Positions 47,352 to 58,145 of a DNA stretch of 64,000 nt are shown piece after piece. The stretch lies in NCBI GenBank assembly GCA_964501845.1, contig CAZCVS010000001.1, forward strand, positions 207-64,206. The letters run 5' to 3'. Made by a program: the position numbers and the translations under genes. The DNA is from an uncultured Iamiaceae bacterium. Its GTDB lineage: Bacteria > Actinomycetota > Acidimicrobiia > Acidimicrobiales > Iamiaceae. The notes under the pieces were generated by a model. It saw only the letters and a program-made list of their open reading frames with translations. It made no database searches and was not told the origin of the DNA. Positions within the stretch are counted from its first letter, which is position 1. Each line of letters begins with the position of its first letter.

Positions 47352-49120
47352 GATGGCGACGGGTCCCGATGGTGCTGCCACCAGAGCGCCACCATCAGCA
47401 GGGTCCACGCCGGCTGGCCACCGGCTGCCAGGATCGGGCCGGTCCCGGCCTGGTCGACCAGCTCGTAGAGCGGCGACCGGCCGTCGCGGATCAGGTCTCC
47501 CACCAGCGCATCCACGTCGGGCAGCTGGAACCAGCGGTCCATCGGTGCTCCGAAGCCCTGCTTGCGGCGATCGATCAGCCCGGCCGGCAGCTGATCGCCG
47601 AACGCCGCCCGCAGCGCGAGCTTCTCGTGGCGGTCGTCGACCTTGCAGTGCGGCGGCAGCGTCAGGCAGAGCTCGGCTACCTGACGGTCGAGGAACGGCG
47701 CCCGTACCTCGAGCCCGTGGGCCATCGACGCCCGGTCCGTCTTCACGAGGATGTCGCCGGGCAGGTAGGCGTCGAGGTCGAACCGGCAGATGTCCTCGAT
47801 GGTGCCCCAGCGGTACGCGGACACGTCGACGTCATCGGGCGAGCGCGGGGGCAGCCCGAGCGCGACGAGCTCCTCCGAACTGAAGTAGTTGCGGTAGGAG
47901 GCATAGGCCCGGGCGACCGCGCTGCCGACCGCCGGGGTGGTCGGGCCCCAGGGGAACCGGCGCCGCGGCGGACTCGGGGGTGGACCGGAGGCGCCGAGGG
48001 CGTCGCGGGCCCACACGGCGTAGCCGCCGAGGAGCTCGTCGGCCCCGTCGCCCGTGAGCACCACCGAGACCCGTTCGCGGACGAACCGGGACAGCTGCCA
48101 CGTGAGCAGCGCGGACGAGTCGCCGAAGGGCTCGCCCCACGAGCGCGACGCCACGAGGAGGTCCTCGCCGATGCGGTCCTCATCGATGCGGCACACCTGC
48201 AGGTCGAGGTCGTTGCCCGCGGCGACCGCCTTCGCCCAGTCCAGCTCGCTGTCGAGCGGGACCTCGCAGGAGAAGGCGGTGATCCCCGGCCGGTGCCGCG
48301 CCGCGGTCACCGCGACCGATGACGAGTCCAAGCCACCGGAGAGGAGCACGCCCACAGGCTGGTCGGCCTCGAGCTGCTCGCCGACCGCCCGGTCGAGCTG
48401 GCCCGCCAGGGCATCGGCGGCCTCGGCGAGCGTGAAGTCGCCCTGGTGCTCGGGCGGGTGCCACCATCGCCGCTCCGTGACCCGGGAGCGGCGGAGGTCC
48501 AGCTCCAGCAGCGCCGCCGCCGGCAGCGAGCGCATGCCCCGCCACACGCACGATCCATTCGGCACGTACCCGGTGCGGAGGACTTCGGCGATGACCTGCC
48601 GGTCGGCCGTTCGCAGCACCAGCCCCGACTCCAGCAGCGCTCGGGGCTCCGAGGCGAAGGCGACGAGGCCAGGGGCCGGCTCGCTCCAGTACATCGGCCG
48701 CTCCCCGAACGCATCCCGGGCCAGCAGGAACCGCCCCGCCCGCTCGTCGAACACGGCCAGTGCGAACGTGCCCGGCAGGTGCTGGGGCAGGTCGAAGCCG
48801 TGGCGGCGCCACAGCGGGACGACGACCTCCATGTCGCTGCCCGACGGCAGGGGCGCGCCTCCAAGGGACCGACGCACCTCGCGGTGGCCGTAGATCTCCC
48901 CGTTGCCCACCGCCCACACCTGCTCGTCGACCGACCCGATCGGCTGAAGGCCGTGCTCGGGATCCATGATCGCGAGGCGCTGGCAGCCCAGCACCGCGTG
49001 GGGCCGCTCGATCAAGCCGCGCTGGTCAGGGCCTCGGTGCTCGAGGGCGTCGAGCATCGCCTCGACCTGGTCCCGGTAGCGGTGCGCCCCGTGACCGACC
49101 ACCCCGGCAATGCCGCACAT
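47348..49120 (-). CDS. asnB: asparagine synthase (glutamine-hydrolysing) family amidotransferase
   Basis: MCGIAG, HRGPD, NGEIY, LSGGLDSS, TGDGADE and EVRAPFLD motifs. Confidence 0.93.
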   Translation of the reverse strand: MCGIAGVVGHGAHRYRDQVEAMLDALEHRGPDQRGLIERPHAVLGCQRLAIMDPEHGLQPIGSVDEQVWAVGNGEIYGHREVRRSLGGAPLPSGSDMEVVVPLWRRHGFDLPQHLPGTFALAVFDERAGRFLLARDAFGERPMYWSEPAPGLVAFASEPRALLESGLVLRTADRQVIAEVLRTGYVPNGSCVWRGMRSLPAAALLELDLRRSRVTERRWWHPPEHQGDFTLAEAADALAGQLDRAVGEQLEADQPVGVLLSGGLDSSSVAVTAARHRPGITAFSCEVPLDSELDWAKAVAAGNDLDLQVCRIDEDRIGEDLLVASRSWGEPFGDSSALLTWQLSRFVRERVSVVLTGDGADELLGGYAVWARDALGASGPPPSPPRRRFPWGPTTPAVGSAVARAYASYRNYFSSEELVALGLPPRSPDDVDVSAYRWGTIEDICRFDLDAYLPGDILVKTDRASMAHGLEVRAPFLDRQVAELCLTLPPHCKVDDRHEKLALRAAFGDQLPAGLIDRRKQGFGAPMDRWFQLPDVDALVGDLIRDGRSPLYELVDQAGTGPILAAGGQPAWTLLMVALWWQHHRDPSPS

Positions 49121-49205
49121 GCAACCTCCAGCAGCGTCGACCAGGTCCTCGAACCACCGTACCAGCACGGCGGCCCGAACCTCCCGGCCCGACCGCCCCG
49201 GCAGG

Positions 49206-50294
49206 TCAGGTGGAGGGGGTGAGCCCGTCGAGCACCGTCCCCAGCTCGGCCATGGTCGCGGCGTGGGCATCGACGGCGGCCTCGTAGCGCTCCTGGCGGA
49301 CGCGGACCGTGTCCTCGTCGGGCAGCACCCGGTCGATCTCGCCCAGCAGCCCGTCCACGTCGAACGGCGCGACCGGCGGACGAGCGCGATCGGGGTCGGC
49401 CAGCCCGAAGCCCACCACGGGAACGGAGGCCGCGACGGCCTCGCGGCACCGATCGGCTTCGGCGGGGCCGTACCCGGTCCGCACGATCATGCGGTAGCGG
49501 GCCACCGGGGCCTCGTCGGGCCACACGACCGGCACCAGGTCTGCCAGCCCCAGGTGATCCAGGTCGAACGCCGCGAGCCACTCGTCCTCGTGGCTCCGCA
49601 CCAGCCAGTGGAACGGGATGCTCGGGTGCCGGTCGACGAGTCGGACCGCAGCCTCGATGGTGTGGTTGACCTCGCCCCACGCGCCCGGCGTCGGCACCAG
49701 CAGGACGGGCCAGGCCGCCTCGGTGGTGATCGACGCATCGGGCGGAGCGAGCACCCCGAGCACCGTGCCCGACGCGAGGCCGGCGTCGGCGAGCTCGTCC
49801 GCCTGCTCATCGGTGGCCACCAGCCAGGCCGAAGCCGCGTCGAGGGTCGAGCGGTCCCTGGGCGTGACATCGTCGAGCCGGGCGGACCCGGCCAGACAGC
49901 CGACCAGCGGACCGGGACCGGGCGTCTCCGGCGGGGCGTAGCGCAGCACGGCGGCGGCCCGCGGGTCGGCGATGATCCACGGGAGGCCCTGGCGGGCGCG
50001 CAGCCACCGCTGGAGCCGGAACCGCTTCAGCCCGCGCTGCGCCGACGTCCAGCCGATGAGGTGGGGGACGAACCCGAGGCCGGTGCGCCGGAACTCGTCG
50101 ACGACGGTCACGGGGACGAGGCGGCGCAAGACGTCGAGGCGGAGGCCGTCGCCCACCAGCACGACGTCCGGCTCCCACCCGAGGTCGACGACGGACCGGA
50201 CGAGGTCGAGGAGGGCGTCGAGGCGCTCGCCGGGATCGGCGTCGAACGCGGCGATCACGATGCGGCGGGCCGGTGCGGGCACCGGAGCGCTCAT
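49206..50294 (-). CDS. degenerate GT4-like protein
   Basis: Colinear similarity to the neighbouring GT4 (PFHWL / EAVAASVPVVGF) but lacks the E-x7-E signature. Confidence 0.5.
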   Translation of the reverse strand: MSAPVPAPARRIVIAAFDADPGERLDALLDLVRSVVDLGWEPDVVLVGDGLRLDVLRRLVPVTVVDEFRRTGLGFVPHLIGWTSAQRGLKRFRLQRWLRARQGLPWIIADPRAAAVLRYAPPETPGPGPLVGCLAGSARLDDVTPRDRSTLDAASAWLVATDEQADELADAGLASGTVLGVLAPPDASITTEAAWPVLLVPTPGAWGEVNHTIEAAVRLVDRHPSIPFHWLVRSHEDEWLAAFDLDHLGLADLVPVVWPDEAPVARYRMIVRTGYGPAEADRCREAVAASVPVVGFGLADPDRARPPVAPFDVDGLLGEIDRVLPDEDTVRVRQERYEAAVDAHAATMAELGTVLDGLTPST

Positions 50295-51502
50295 CGGACG
50301 GCCCCGGCACGCCGGGCAGCCGGGCCGACCGACGCGAGGGTGCGGTCGAGCGCGGCGGCGAGGAGCGGGCCGGCCTGGTCGATGAGCAGGTGCTCCGCGG
50401 CGAAGCGGCGACCGGCCTCGCCCAGCTCCCGGCGGCGGTCGGCATCGGCCGCGAGGGCCACCAGGCGCCGGGCCATGCCGTCGATGTCGAGGTACGGAGC
50501 GATCTCCCCGCAGTCGGCGGCACGCACCAGCTCAGCGGCGCCCCCGTTCTCGAAGGTCACGATGGGGATGCCGGCTCCCGCGGCCTCCACGCACACCAGG
50601 GGGAAGGCGTCCTCCCGAGCGGGCAGGACGAACGCGTCGGCGGCGCCGATCATGGCCAGCGGGTCGGGCTGGTGGGGCAGGAAGGCCACGAGGTCCTCGA
50701 GCCCGGCCTGCTCCACGAGCGCCTCCAGGCCGCCGTTGTCCTCGCCGCCGATCCACACGAAGTGCCACGGCACGTCGGGGGCGAGCTGCCGGGACCGCTG
50801 GGCGGTCCGCACGAAGAGCTCGGGTGCCTTGCGCCAGTGCCGGACCCCGGAGCTGGCCACTACGAAGGAGCCCGGCGGGTACGCCTCGCGTGCCGAGTCG
50901 GCCGCCTCGGTGGCGTGGGCGAGCCGGGCCGGGTCGACGAACCCCCACTGCCGCTCGACCAGGTCCGAGTCCACAGGGAACCGGCGGAGGAACTCCTGGC
51001 GCACCCCCTCAGACACGGCCACATAGCGGTCGGCACTGGTCAGGTGGGCGCGGGCCAGCGGCCCGAGGTGGAGGTCCTGGCCGACGCTGAGCTCGTGGAG
51101 GTGACCGAGGATGGCCGCCGGCGGCAGGGCGGGCACGACCTTGAAGCTGCCCGCGCAGTGCACGTGCACGAGGTCGATCGGGCCGTCGGCCGCGAGCTCG
51201 GCGCGCAGGTTGCGGTGCAGCCGCGCCGCCCGGCTGCGGCGGGCCCGGCCCCGGCCGGTGGCGTGGGGCGTCCGGCCGTCGGCCACCACCACCCGGCCCA
51301 GCTCGTCGAACGGCGCCTCCATCGGCCCACCGGCGTCGAGGAAGAGCGTCGAGAAGCGCCACGACGGGTCTGTGGCCGCGAGCCAGCGCACGAACTGGAG
51401 GGCGAAGATCGGCGGGCCGCTCAGCTCAGCCGCGTGCAGGACCGTGAGCAGGTGCCGGGGTTCCGCAGAACTCGGAGCACGGGACGGGTCAGGAACCATC
51501 AA
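50291..51502 (-). CDS. family 4 glycosyltransferase
   Basis: AVS, RK and DAFVLPAREDAFPLVCVEA..AGIP motifs. Confidence 0.92.
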   Translation of the reverse strand: MMVPDPSRAPSSAEPRHLLTVLHAAELSGPPIFALQFVRWLAATDPSWRFSTLFLDAGGPMEAPFDELGRVVVADGRTPHATGRGRARRSRAARLHRNLRAELAADGPIDLVHVHCAGSFKVVPALPPAAILGHLHELSVGQDLHLGPLARAHLTSADRYVAVSEGVRQEFLRRFPVDSDLVERQWGFVDPARLAHATEAADSAREAYPPGSFVVASSGVRHWRKAPELFVRTAQRSRQLAPDVPWHFVWIGGEDNGGLEALVEQAGLEDLVAFLPHQPDPLAMIGAADAFVLPAREDAFPLVCVEAAGAGIPIVTFENGGAAELVRAADCGEIAPYLDIDGMARRLVALAADADRRRELGEAGRRFAAEHLLIDQAGPLLAAALDRTLASVGPAARRAGAVR

Positions 51503-53346
51503 TCATCGATCACCGGTGCGTCCGGACCTGTCCACGCAGGCTGGTCGGCCTTCGAGAGCAGGCAGTCCTCGAGGAGCAGCCAGTCCATGTCCGTCGTCAT
51601 GAAGCAGCGGTAGGCCTCCTCGGGACGGCAGACGATCGGCTCCCCGCGCACGTTGAACGACGTGTTCACCAGCACCGGGCAGCCGGTCCGGTCGTGGAAG
51701 GCGGCGAGGATCGGGTGCAGGCGCGGGGCGCGCTCGGCATCGACCGTCTGGATCCGGGCCGACCCGTCGACGTGGGTGACCGCCGGGATCGGGGATCGGA
51801 CCGCATCGAGCTTCGCCCCGAGGCCCAGGGCTTCGTCCGGGGCAGGAGGCTCGGTCCCGGCGGCGTCGACGTCTGCGGCGAGCTCGAAGCCGCGCACCGG
51901 TGCGGTGAACAACATGTACGGCGACTGCCGCTCCGTGGCGAACCACGCGTCCGCGTGCTCGGCCAGCACCGCCGGCGCGAACGGGCGGAACGACTCGCGC
52001 TTCTTGATCTTGAGGTTGAGCTGGCGCTGCATCTCGGGCCGGCGGGCGTCGGCCACGATCGACCGGTCGCCGAGGGCGCGCGGGCCGAACTCCATCCTCC
52101 CCTGGAACAGGCCGATCACGGCGCCGTCGTCGAGCAGCTCCGCCACCCGCGCCGACCGCTCGGCCGGGTCCGCGAGGCGGGTGAACGGCCGGCCCGCCTC
52201 GGTCAGTTCCGAGGCAATGGCATCGGCGTCGAACGACGGGCCGAGCAGCGCCCCGGACATGGCGTCGCCGGTGGGCACGGCACGGTGCTCGCCCAGCGTC
52301 ACGTGGTAGGCGTGGAGGGCAGCCCCCACCGCGCTGCCCGCATCACCGGCGGCAGGCTGCACCCACAGGTCGTCGAAGGGACCCTCGGCTCGCAGCCGGG
52401 CGTTGGCCACGCAGTTGAGGGCGACACCGCCCGCCAGGCAGGCGTTGGGCTCGCCCGTGAGCTCCCGGGCATGGACGGCCATGGCCAGCACGATCTGTTC
52501 GATGATCTCCTGGATCGACCTCGCCAGGTCGGCATCTCGCTGCGTGAGCGGCGCGTCCGGGTGGCGGGCGGGACCGTCGAACAACTCGTCGAAGCGGCTG
52601 CTGGTCATGCGGCGGCCGCCGAGGTAGTCGAAGTAGCGCTGATCCAGCGTGAACGAACCGTCCGGCCGCAGGGCCACGATGTGCTCGAGGATCCGATCGA
52701 CGTACCGCGGCTCTCCATACGGAGCCAGACCCATCAACTTGTACTCGCCGCTGTTGACCCGGAACCCGGCGTGGAGCGTGAACGCTGAGTAGAGCAGGCC
52801 GATCGAGTGCGGGAATCGCATCTCCTCGAGCATCGTGAGGGCCGATCCGTTCCCCGCCGCCAACGAGCTGGTGGCCCACTCACCGACGCCGTCGAAGGTG
52901 AGCACCGCGGCCCGCTCGAACGGGGAAGCGAAGAACGCCGCCGCCGCATGGCTCTCGTGGTGTTCGACGTAGAGCACGTCCTTCGGTGGCACCCACCCGA
53001 GGTCCTTGATCTCCTTTTGGATGTGGTAGCCGGTCCACAGCTTGGTGCTGGACCACTCGTCCACCACCCGGGGGAACACGCGCAGGCCAGCGGTGCCAGA
53101 AGCGGCGAAGCTGCGCAGCACCCGCACGAACGAGGTCAGCGGCTTCTCGTAGTACGCCACCGCGGCGATGCCGTCGGGCTCGACCCCGCCGTCCTCCAGG
53201 CACCAGCGCAGCGCCTGTGAGGGGAAGGCCGGGTCGTGCTTGATCCGCGAGAAGCGCTCCTCCTGGGCGGCCGCCACCACCTCACCGTCACGGATCAGGG
53301 CCGCCGCCGCGTCGTGGTAGTACGCGCTGATGCCGATGACGTCCAC
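51499..53346 (-). CDS. O-carbamoyltransferase (NodU/CmcH/SxtI family)
   Basis: YHDAAA, EERFSRIKH, HHESH, DGVGE, GEYKLMGLAPYG, GGVALN, EFGPRALG, RESFRPF and NTSFN motifs. Confidence 0.96.
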   Translation of the reverse strand: MDVIGISAYYHDAAAALIRDGEVVAAAQEERFSRIKHDPAFPSQALRWCLEDGGVEPDGIAAVAYYEKPLTSFVRVLRSFAASGTAGLRVFPRVVDEWSSTKLWTGYHIQKEIKDLGWVPPKDVLYVEHHESHAAAAFFASPFERAAVLTFDGVGEWATSSLAAGNGSALTMLEEMRFPHSIGLLYSAFTLHAGFRVNSGEYKLMGLAPYGEPRYVDRILEHIVALRPDGSFTLDQRYFDYLGGRRMTSSRFDELFDGPARHPDAPLTQRDADLARSIQEIIEQIVLAMAVHARELTGEPNACLAGGVALNCVANARLRAEGPFDDLWVQPAAGDAGSAVGAALHAYHVTLGEHRAVPTGDAMSGALLGPSFDADAIASELTEAGRPFTRLADPAERSARVAELLDDGAVIGLFQGRMEFGPRALGDRSIVADARRPEMQRQLNLKIKKRESFRPFAPAVLAEHADAWFATERQSPYMLFTAPVRGFELAADVDAAGTEPPAPDEALGLGAKLDAVRSPIPAVTHVDGSARIQTVDAERAPRLHPILAAFHDRTGCPVLVNTSFNVRGEPIVCRPEEAYRCFMTTDMDWLLLEDCLLSKADQPAWTGPDAPVIDD

Positions 53347-53404
53347 TGGACGATCCTAGGGGAACGGGTGATCGGCGGCCGCCAGCTCGAGCCCCGCGCC
53401 GTGG

Positions 53405-53572
53405 TCAAAACAGCGTGTAGACCGCATAGGGCAGCGTGGCGTTGGCAGCCGTGACGGCGAAGGCCAGCACCATGATGAGGGTGACCGTCGGCAGCAGCCA
53501 CCACACCCGGTCGGCCACGGCGAACGCGGCCGCGTCGCGGGTGAGGCGGTAGGTGTGTCGAAGCCGCAGCAC
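53405..53572 (-). CDS. DUF5989 / SxtK-like small membrane protein
   Basis: WWLLP + TM helix + C-terminal YTLF; TACGCT-N7-GTG start. Confidence 0.82.
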   Translation of the reverse strand: MLRLRHTYRLTRDAAAFAVADRVWWLLPTVTLIMVLAFAVTAANATLPYAVYTLF

Positions 53573-53627
53573 ACCCGCCAGCGTAGGCGCCGGGAACAAG
53601 GCGAACACGGCGTGGGATACTCGCCCC

Positions 53628-55496
53628 GTGTGGAACAGGGGGAGGTCGACGGGGACGCGCGCACCGGAGAGGTGGGCACCGGCGGTGGTGGCCCTCCTGT
53701 TCGCCGTGGCCTACGCCTCCCTCGCTCGTGGCGTCAAGGCCTCCAGCATGCTCCTAGTGGCCGCCGTCCTCGCCGTGGCCGGGCTGCTCGGGCTGCCTAC
53801 CGTCCCGGAGACCGATCGGCGCGAACGGGTGGCCCGGTGGCTGCCGGCCATCATCCCGCTGAGCATCTCACTCGTGATCGATCTGCAACCCCGAATCGTC
53901 GAGGTCCTCCTCCCTGACCCAGACCGGCGGTGGGCGATCGGCTTCGCAACGCTGGTCATCGGGCTCCTCTCGGGCTTCCTCGTGCTCTTGGGCATCGACG
54001 TCCGCCACGCGACCCGACGGGCGGTGCACGCCATCACCTCGGCGCTCCGGTTCGTGGTCTCCATGCTCCTCTACGTCTTCGTGCTGCTGCCCCTAGGAGT
54101 CGCCCACCTCTGGCGGCGGGCGGACCCTCTTCGCACCGGCACGGCCCGAGACGGGTCGGCGTGGCACCCCGCGGTGACCACGGGAGCGGAACTGGCCACG
54201 CGGTCCTACCGCCGCGAGCGGCCGCTCGACGACCGCCAGCGACGCCCCATCGCGACGGCGACCTGCATCATCGGCGCGGTCGCCCTGCTCCTCGTGGCCG
54301 ACTTCGCGCTGGGGACCGTCTGGAACCACGTGGCACCTGATGGCCGACCCTCTCGGATGACCACGGCATCGGGCCGGATCGGCTTCACCGCGGCCACCCC
54401 CGATGCCGAACCCGTCCAACTCGACGCTCCCGACGCGGAGACCTTCCCGCCCGACCCTCGGGAGGAGCTGCCCGCTATGGCGAAGTACCCCTGGCGACAC
54501 GAGTACTTCCAGGAGCTCCAGCGGGCCCCGACCACCTTCTGGCCGTACCTGATGTGGCGACCGCTTCCCGCCACCGGCCGGTACCTCAACATCACCGAGA
54601 GCGGGGAGCGACTCGGCTACGCCACGCCCGGCGCCACCGGTCCGGACGTTCCCGACGTGGACTTCTACGGCGGCAGCACCATGTACGGAGAGGGCCAGCG
54701 CGACCAGCACACGATCGCCTCGGAGGTCACCCGCCTCGCCGAAGGGGACGGGCTCCCGATCCGGGCCCACAACCGCGGGGTGCGCGGGTGGGTCAACTGG
54801 CAGGAGCTGCTCCTGTTCGAGCAGGTCGCGGCCGACCCGGCGACCCGCCCCGACATCGCCGTGTTCTACGACGGTGCGAACGAGATCACCGCGCAGGGCT
54901 ACTCGATCCGCGGGGTGCCGGCCCACACGGTGCTCGACGAGATCGCCACGACGATGTCGGCAAGCGACACCGCCACCACCCGTGAACCGCTCGCCGAGCC
55001 CACCACCAGCACCTGGGACCACCTGAAGGCGCTGGCGAGCGACTACCGGGACACGAGTGCGACGGCCCGCGCCGGCGGCTGGCTGCGCGCAGCCGTGACC
55101 GGCGAGCCCGCCGCCGCCGACGCGTCGACCGCGACGTCAGAGGCCACCGAGCGCCAGCAGCCCGCCCAGGGCGCACCGGGCCGCGAGGCGCTGTCAGATG
55201 CCGATCTCGCCGCCGTGCCGGAGATCTACCGCCGAGGCCAGGCGCTCATCGAGAGCATCGCCAAGAGGGCCCGGGTCGACGTCATCTTCTTCTGGCAGCC
55301 GGTGCAGGGCGGCGGTCCCGAGGGCTACGCCGACGGCGTCCAGGAGCCCACGATCGACCTCAGCCGACTCTTCATCGGGCACGACGACATCTTCATCGAT
55401 GGCACCCACCACAACGAGGACGGATCGGTGATCGCGGCCGAGGCGCTCTGGGAGCACCTGAAGCCTCAGGTCCAGGCCTGGTACGACGGGCACTGA
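53628..55496 (+). CDS. SxtJ-like membrane segment + SGNH-type protein
   Basis: LLYVFVLLPLG..RRADPL...SAW segment, then FYGGSTMYG, FYDGANE and DGTHHN; GATACT-N6-GTG start. Confidence 0.8.
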   Translation: MWNRGRSTGTRAPERWAPAVVALLFAVAYASLARGVKASSMLLVAAVLAVAGLLGLPTVPETDRRERVARWLPAIIPLSISLVIDLQPRIVEVLLPDPDRRWAIGFATLVIGLLSGFLVLLGIDVRHATRRAVHAITSALRFVVSMLLYVFVLLPLGVAHLWRRADPLRTGTARDGSAWHPAVTTGAELATRSYRRERPLDDRQRRPIATATCIIGAVALLLVADFALGTVWNHVAPDGRPSRMTTASGRIGFTAATPDAEPVQLDAPDAETFPPDPREELPAMAKYPWRHEYFQELQRAPTTFWPYLMWRPLPATGRYLNITESGERLGYATPGATGPDVPDVDFYGGSTMYGEGQRDQHTIASEVTRLAEGDGLPIRAHNRGVRGWVNWQELLLFEQVAADPATRPDIAVFYDGANEITAQGYSIRGVPAHTVLDEIATTMSASDTATTREPLAEPTTSTWDHLKALASDYRDTSATARAGGWLRAAVTGEPAAADASTATSEATERQQPAQGAPGREALSDADLAAVPEIYRRGQALIESIAKRARVDVIFFWQPVQGGGPEGYADGVQEPTIDLSRLFIGHDDIFIDGTHHNEDGSVIAAEALWEHLKPQVQAWYDGH

Positions 55497-55533
55497 CCTG
55501 TCCGGTCGCGCGGCTGCGTGCGATACTTCTGGC

Positions 55534-56817
55534 GTGTTCCGGAGGGGGAGTCGAGCGAAGACCGCGCCAGTGCCTGACACGATCTGCCTGCTCCCCTGGC
55601 TCAACCTGAGCATCGACGTCGACGGGTCGAGCCGTCCGTGCTGCAAGTTCGACCACACGACCGAGGTCGACGGCCAGCCACTCCTGAACCTCCAGGACGC
55701 CAGCCTCCGTGAGGTCTGGGACAGCCCCGGCCTCGTCGAGCTCCGGCGGGCGTTCCGCCGCGGCGCCCAGCCGGCGGCGTGCGCCAGTTGCTGGGCTGAG
55801 GAGGCCGCCGGCGTGCCCAGCTTCCGCCAGACCTACCTTCGGGATCGAGCCATCACCGCAGCGGCCGACATCGACGATCCGCATCCACTCCAGCCGGCAG
55901 GCCTGGACCTGAAGCTGAGCAACACGTGCAATCTCGCCTGTCGGATGTGCGGGCCGATGGCCTCGTCCCGCTGGCTGACGGAGGAGCTGGCCGCCACCGA
56001 AGAACCCTCCACCGGGACCTTCGTCGCCTTCCTCAGTGAGAAGCGACGCTACCTGGCGGACCAGAAGATCCTGGGCGACCCTGACGGTCGCGCCCAGCTC
56101 GAGGCCTGGGCCCCCCAGATCGAGCACCTCGAGCTCACCGGCGGTGAGCCGATGCTGTCGAAGGAGAGCGCCGAGGTCCTCGAACTGCTGGTCGTCCACG
56201 GCAACCCGTCTCGGGCGACCCTCCAGATCACCACCAACGCGACCGTCATCAACGACCGCATCCTGAAGCACCTCGCGCACTTCAGCTACACGGGCATCTC
56301 GCTCAGCGTCGATGACACGGGGCCTCGACTCGAGTACCAGCGGGACCCCGCGGTCTGGACAGAGGTGGAACAGAACATCGCGACCTACGCAGCGATTGCC
56401 AGCCCGTCGATCGAGCTGTACCTGAACGCCACGGTCAGCATGCTCAACGTGTGGGACCTGCCCGACTACGTGGCCTGGTGGGACCAGACCTATCCCGCCG
56501 GCGATCTGCAGTTCGCCCTCAACTTCGTGCACCACCCAGAGGAGCTCTGCATCCAGCAGATCCCCGAAGCGGTGAAGGCGGGGCTCATCGACCACTGGGA
56601 CCGCCATCCCGCTCGGCACGCACCCCGGGTCGGGCCTCTGCTCGACCAGGCCATGGCCTTCGCCCAGGCGCGTCCGGCCGAACCAAGCCACTGGGTGGCT
56701 TTCCTCGAGCACACAACCGCGCTCGACGAGCGGCGCGGCCAGAGCTTCGCCGAGGTCTACCCCCAGTTCACTGCGGCTCTGGAGGCTGCCGGCGCCTGGC
56801 CTGGGACTCCGACTTGA
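55534..56817 (+). CDS. radical SAM protein with N-terminal SPASM/twitch-like domain
   Basis: CLLPW...DG..RPCC...CASCW..E, then SNTCNLACRMC and TGGEP. Confidence 0.92.
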   Translation: MFRRGSRAKTAPVPDTICLLPWLNLSIDVDGSSRPCCKFDHTTEVDGQPLLNLQDASLREVWDSPGLVELRRAFRRGAQPAACASCWAEEAAGVPSFRQTYLRDRAITAAADIDDPHPLQPAGLDLKLSNTCNLACRMCGPMASSRWLTEELAATEEPSTGTFVAFLSEKRRYLADQKILGDPDGRAQLEAWAPQIEHLELTGGEPMLSKESAEVLELLVVHGNPSRATLQITTNATVINDRILKHLAHFSYTGISLSVDDTGPRLEYQRDPAVWTEVEQNIATYAAIASPSIELYLNATVSMLNVWDLPDYVAWWDQTYPAGDLQFALNFVHHPEELCIQQIPEAVKAGLIDHWDRHPARHAPRVGPLLDQAMAFAQARPAEPSHWVAFLEHTTALDERRGQSFAEVYPQFTAALEAAGAWPGTPT

Positions 56818-58073
56818 CCGAACGCACGTCGGATCCCGAAGTCGACGGACCCGTCACGGAGCCCACCGGTCGGCGCCGCCGCCGACCACTGCGGGCCGCA
56901 GCGCTGGTCACCGGCGTAGTGCTGGTGCTCGTGGCGGTGGACTTCGGCATCGGAGCCCTGTGGGGGCTGGTCCTGCCCTCGGACGAGGGTGACTCGAAGG
57001 TCTTCGACGGAGCCATCCGCATCGCGCCGGCCACCGAGCCGATCGACCTCGACGCAGCGGGGGCCGCCGAGCTGCCCGCCGACCCACGCGAGGACACGCC
57101 GGCGCTCGCGGACGCGCCGTGGCGGCACCAGTACTTCCAGGAGCTGGGGCGGGCGGTCACCACCTTCTGGCCGTATGTCCTGTGGAAGCCGCAACCGGCT
57201 GAGGGCCGCTACATCAACATCGACGCCGACGGGGTCCGCAGGAGCTACGAGAGCGGCGCTCGACCTGGAGACGAAGCACCGGTCGTCGACTTCTACGGTG
57301 GCAGCACCACCTTCGGGGAGGGCCAGCGCGACGGGCACACCATCGCCTCGGAGATCGTCCGCCTGGCGGACGACGCCCGCACCCCGATCCGCGCCCGCAA
57401 CCGCGGGGTGCGCGGGTGGGTCAACTGGCAGGAGATGCTGCTGTTCGAGCAGGTCGCAGCCGACCCATCGACCCGACCCGACCTGGCGGTGTTCTATGAC
57501 GGGGCGAACGAGATCCTCGCTCAGAACGAGTCGATCCGAGGCGTACCGGGCCACGGCTCGATCGACGAGACCATGTCGAGGCTCGGCGGCGTCGCGGCGG
57601 CGTCGCCGACGGCAGAGGAGCCAACCACGACCTGGGACCACCTCCGGGCCCTCGCCCGGGACTACCGCCGCACGAGCGCAACCGCACGAGCGGGCCGCTG
57701 GCTCCGCTCGACGGTGACCGGCGAACGGGCCGAAGCGTCGCCGGCCCGCATCGGTGCACCGGGGCAGAAATCCGGCGACGAGGAGGCGATCCCGGTGATC
57801 TACCGCCGCGGCCGCAGCTTGATCCAAGACATCGCCAAGCGCAACGACGTGGAGGTCGCACTGTTCTGGCAGCCGATCGTGAAGGGCGGATGGCCGACGT
57901 ACACCGACGGCATCGACCAGCCGACCATCGACCTCAGCGATGCCCTCGCGCACCGCGACGATGTGTTCCTCGATGCCGTGCACACCAACGAGGAGGGCGC
58001 CCGGATCGCTGCAGAGGCCATGTGGGAGCACCTCGGCCCCCTGGTCGAGGACTGGTACGAGGACCATGGCTGA
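56814..58073 (+). CDS. membrane-anchored SGNH-type protein
   Basis: FYGGSTTFG, FYDGANE and DAVHTN blocks; TTGA overlap with the upstream stop. Confidence 0.82.
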   Translation: MTERTSDPEVDGPVTEPTGRRRRRPLRAAALVTGVVLVLVAVDFGIGALWGLVLPSDEGDSKVFDGAIRIAPATEPIDLDAAGAAELPADPREDTPALADAPWRHQYFQELGRAVTTFWPYVLWKPQPAEGRYINIDADGVRRSYESGARPGDEAPVVDFYGGSTTFGEGQRDGHTIASEIVRLADDARTPIRARNRGVRGWVNWQEMLLFEQVAADPSTRPDLAVFYDGANEILAQNESIRGVPGHGSIDETMSRLGGVAAASPTAEEPTTTWDHLRALARDYRRTSATARAGRWLRSTVTGERAEASPARIGAPGQKSGDEEAIPVIYRRGRSLIQDIAKRNDVEVALFWQPIVKGGWPTYTDGIDQPTIDLSDALAHRDDVFLDAVHTNEEGARIAAEAMWEHLGPLVEDWYEDHG

Positions 58074-58145
58074 CCGCGCGGGAGCGCGACGGTCACGGCC
58101 CCGCTCGTGCGATGATGCACCCATGCGCTGCTGGGGCCTTCGGGC

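Noticed and set aside
47348..49120. Lasso peptide cyclase
   Set aside because: The N-terminal Cys glutaminase domain (MCGI) is intact, and no B-protein/peptidase or precursor is adjacent.
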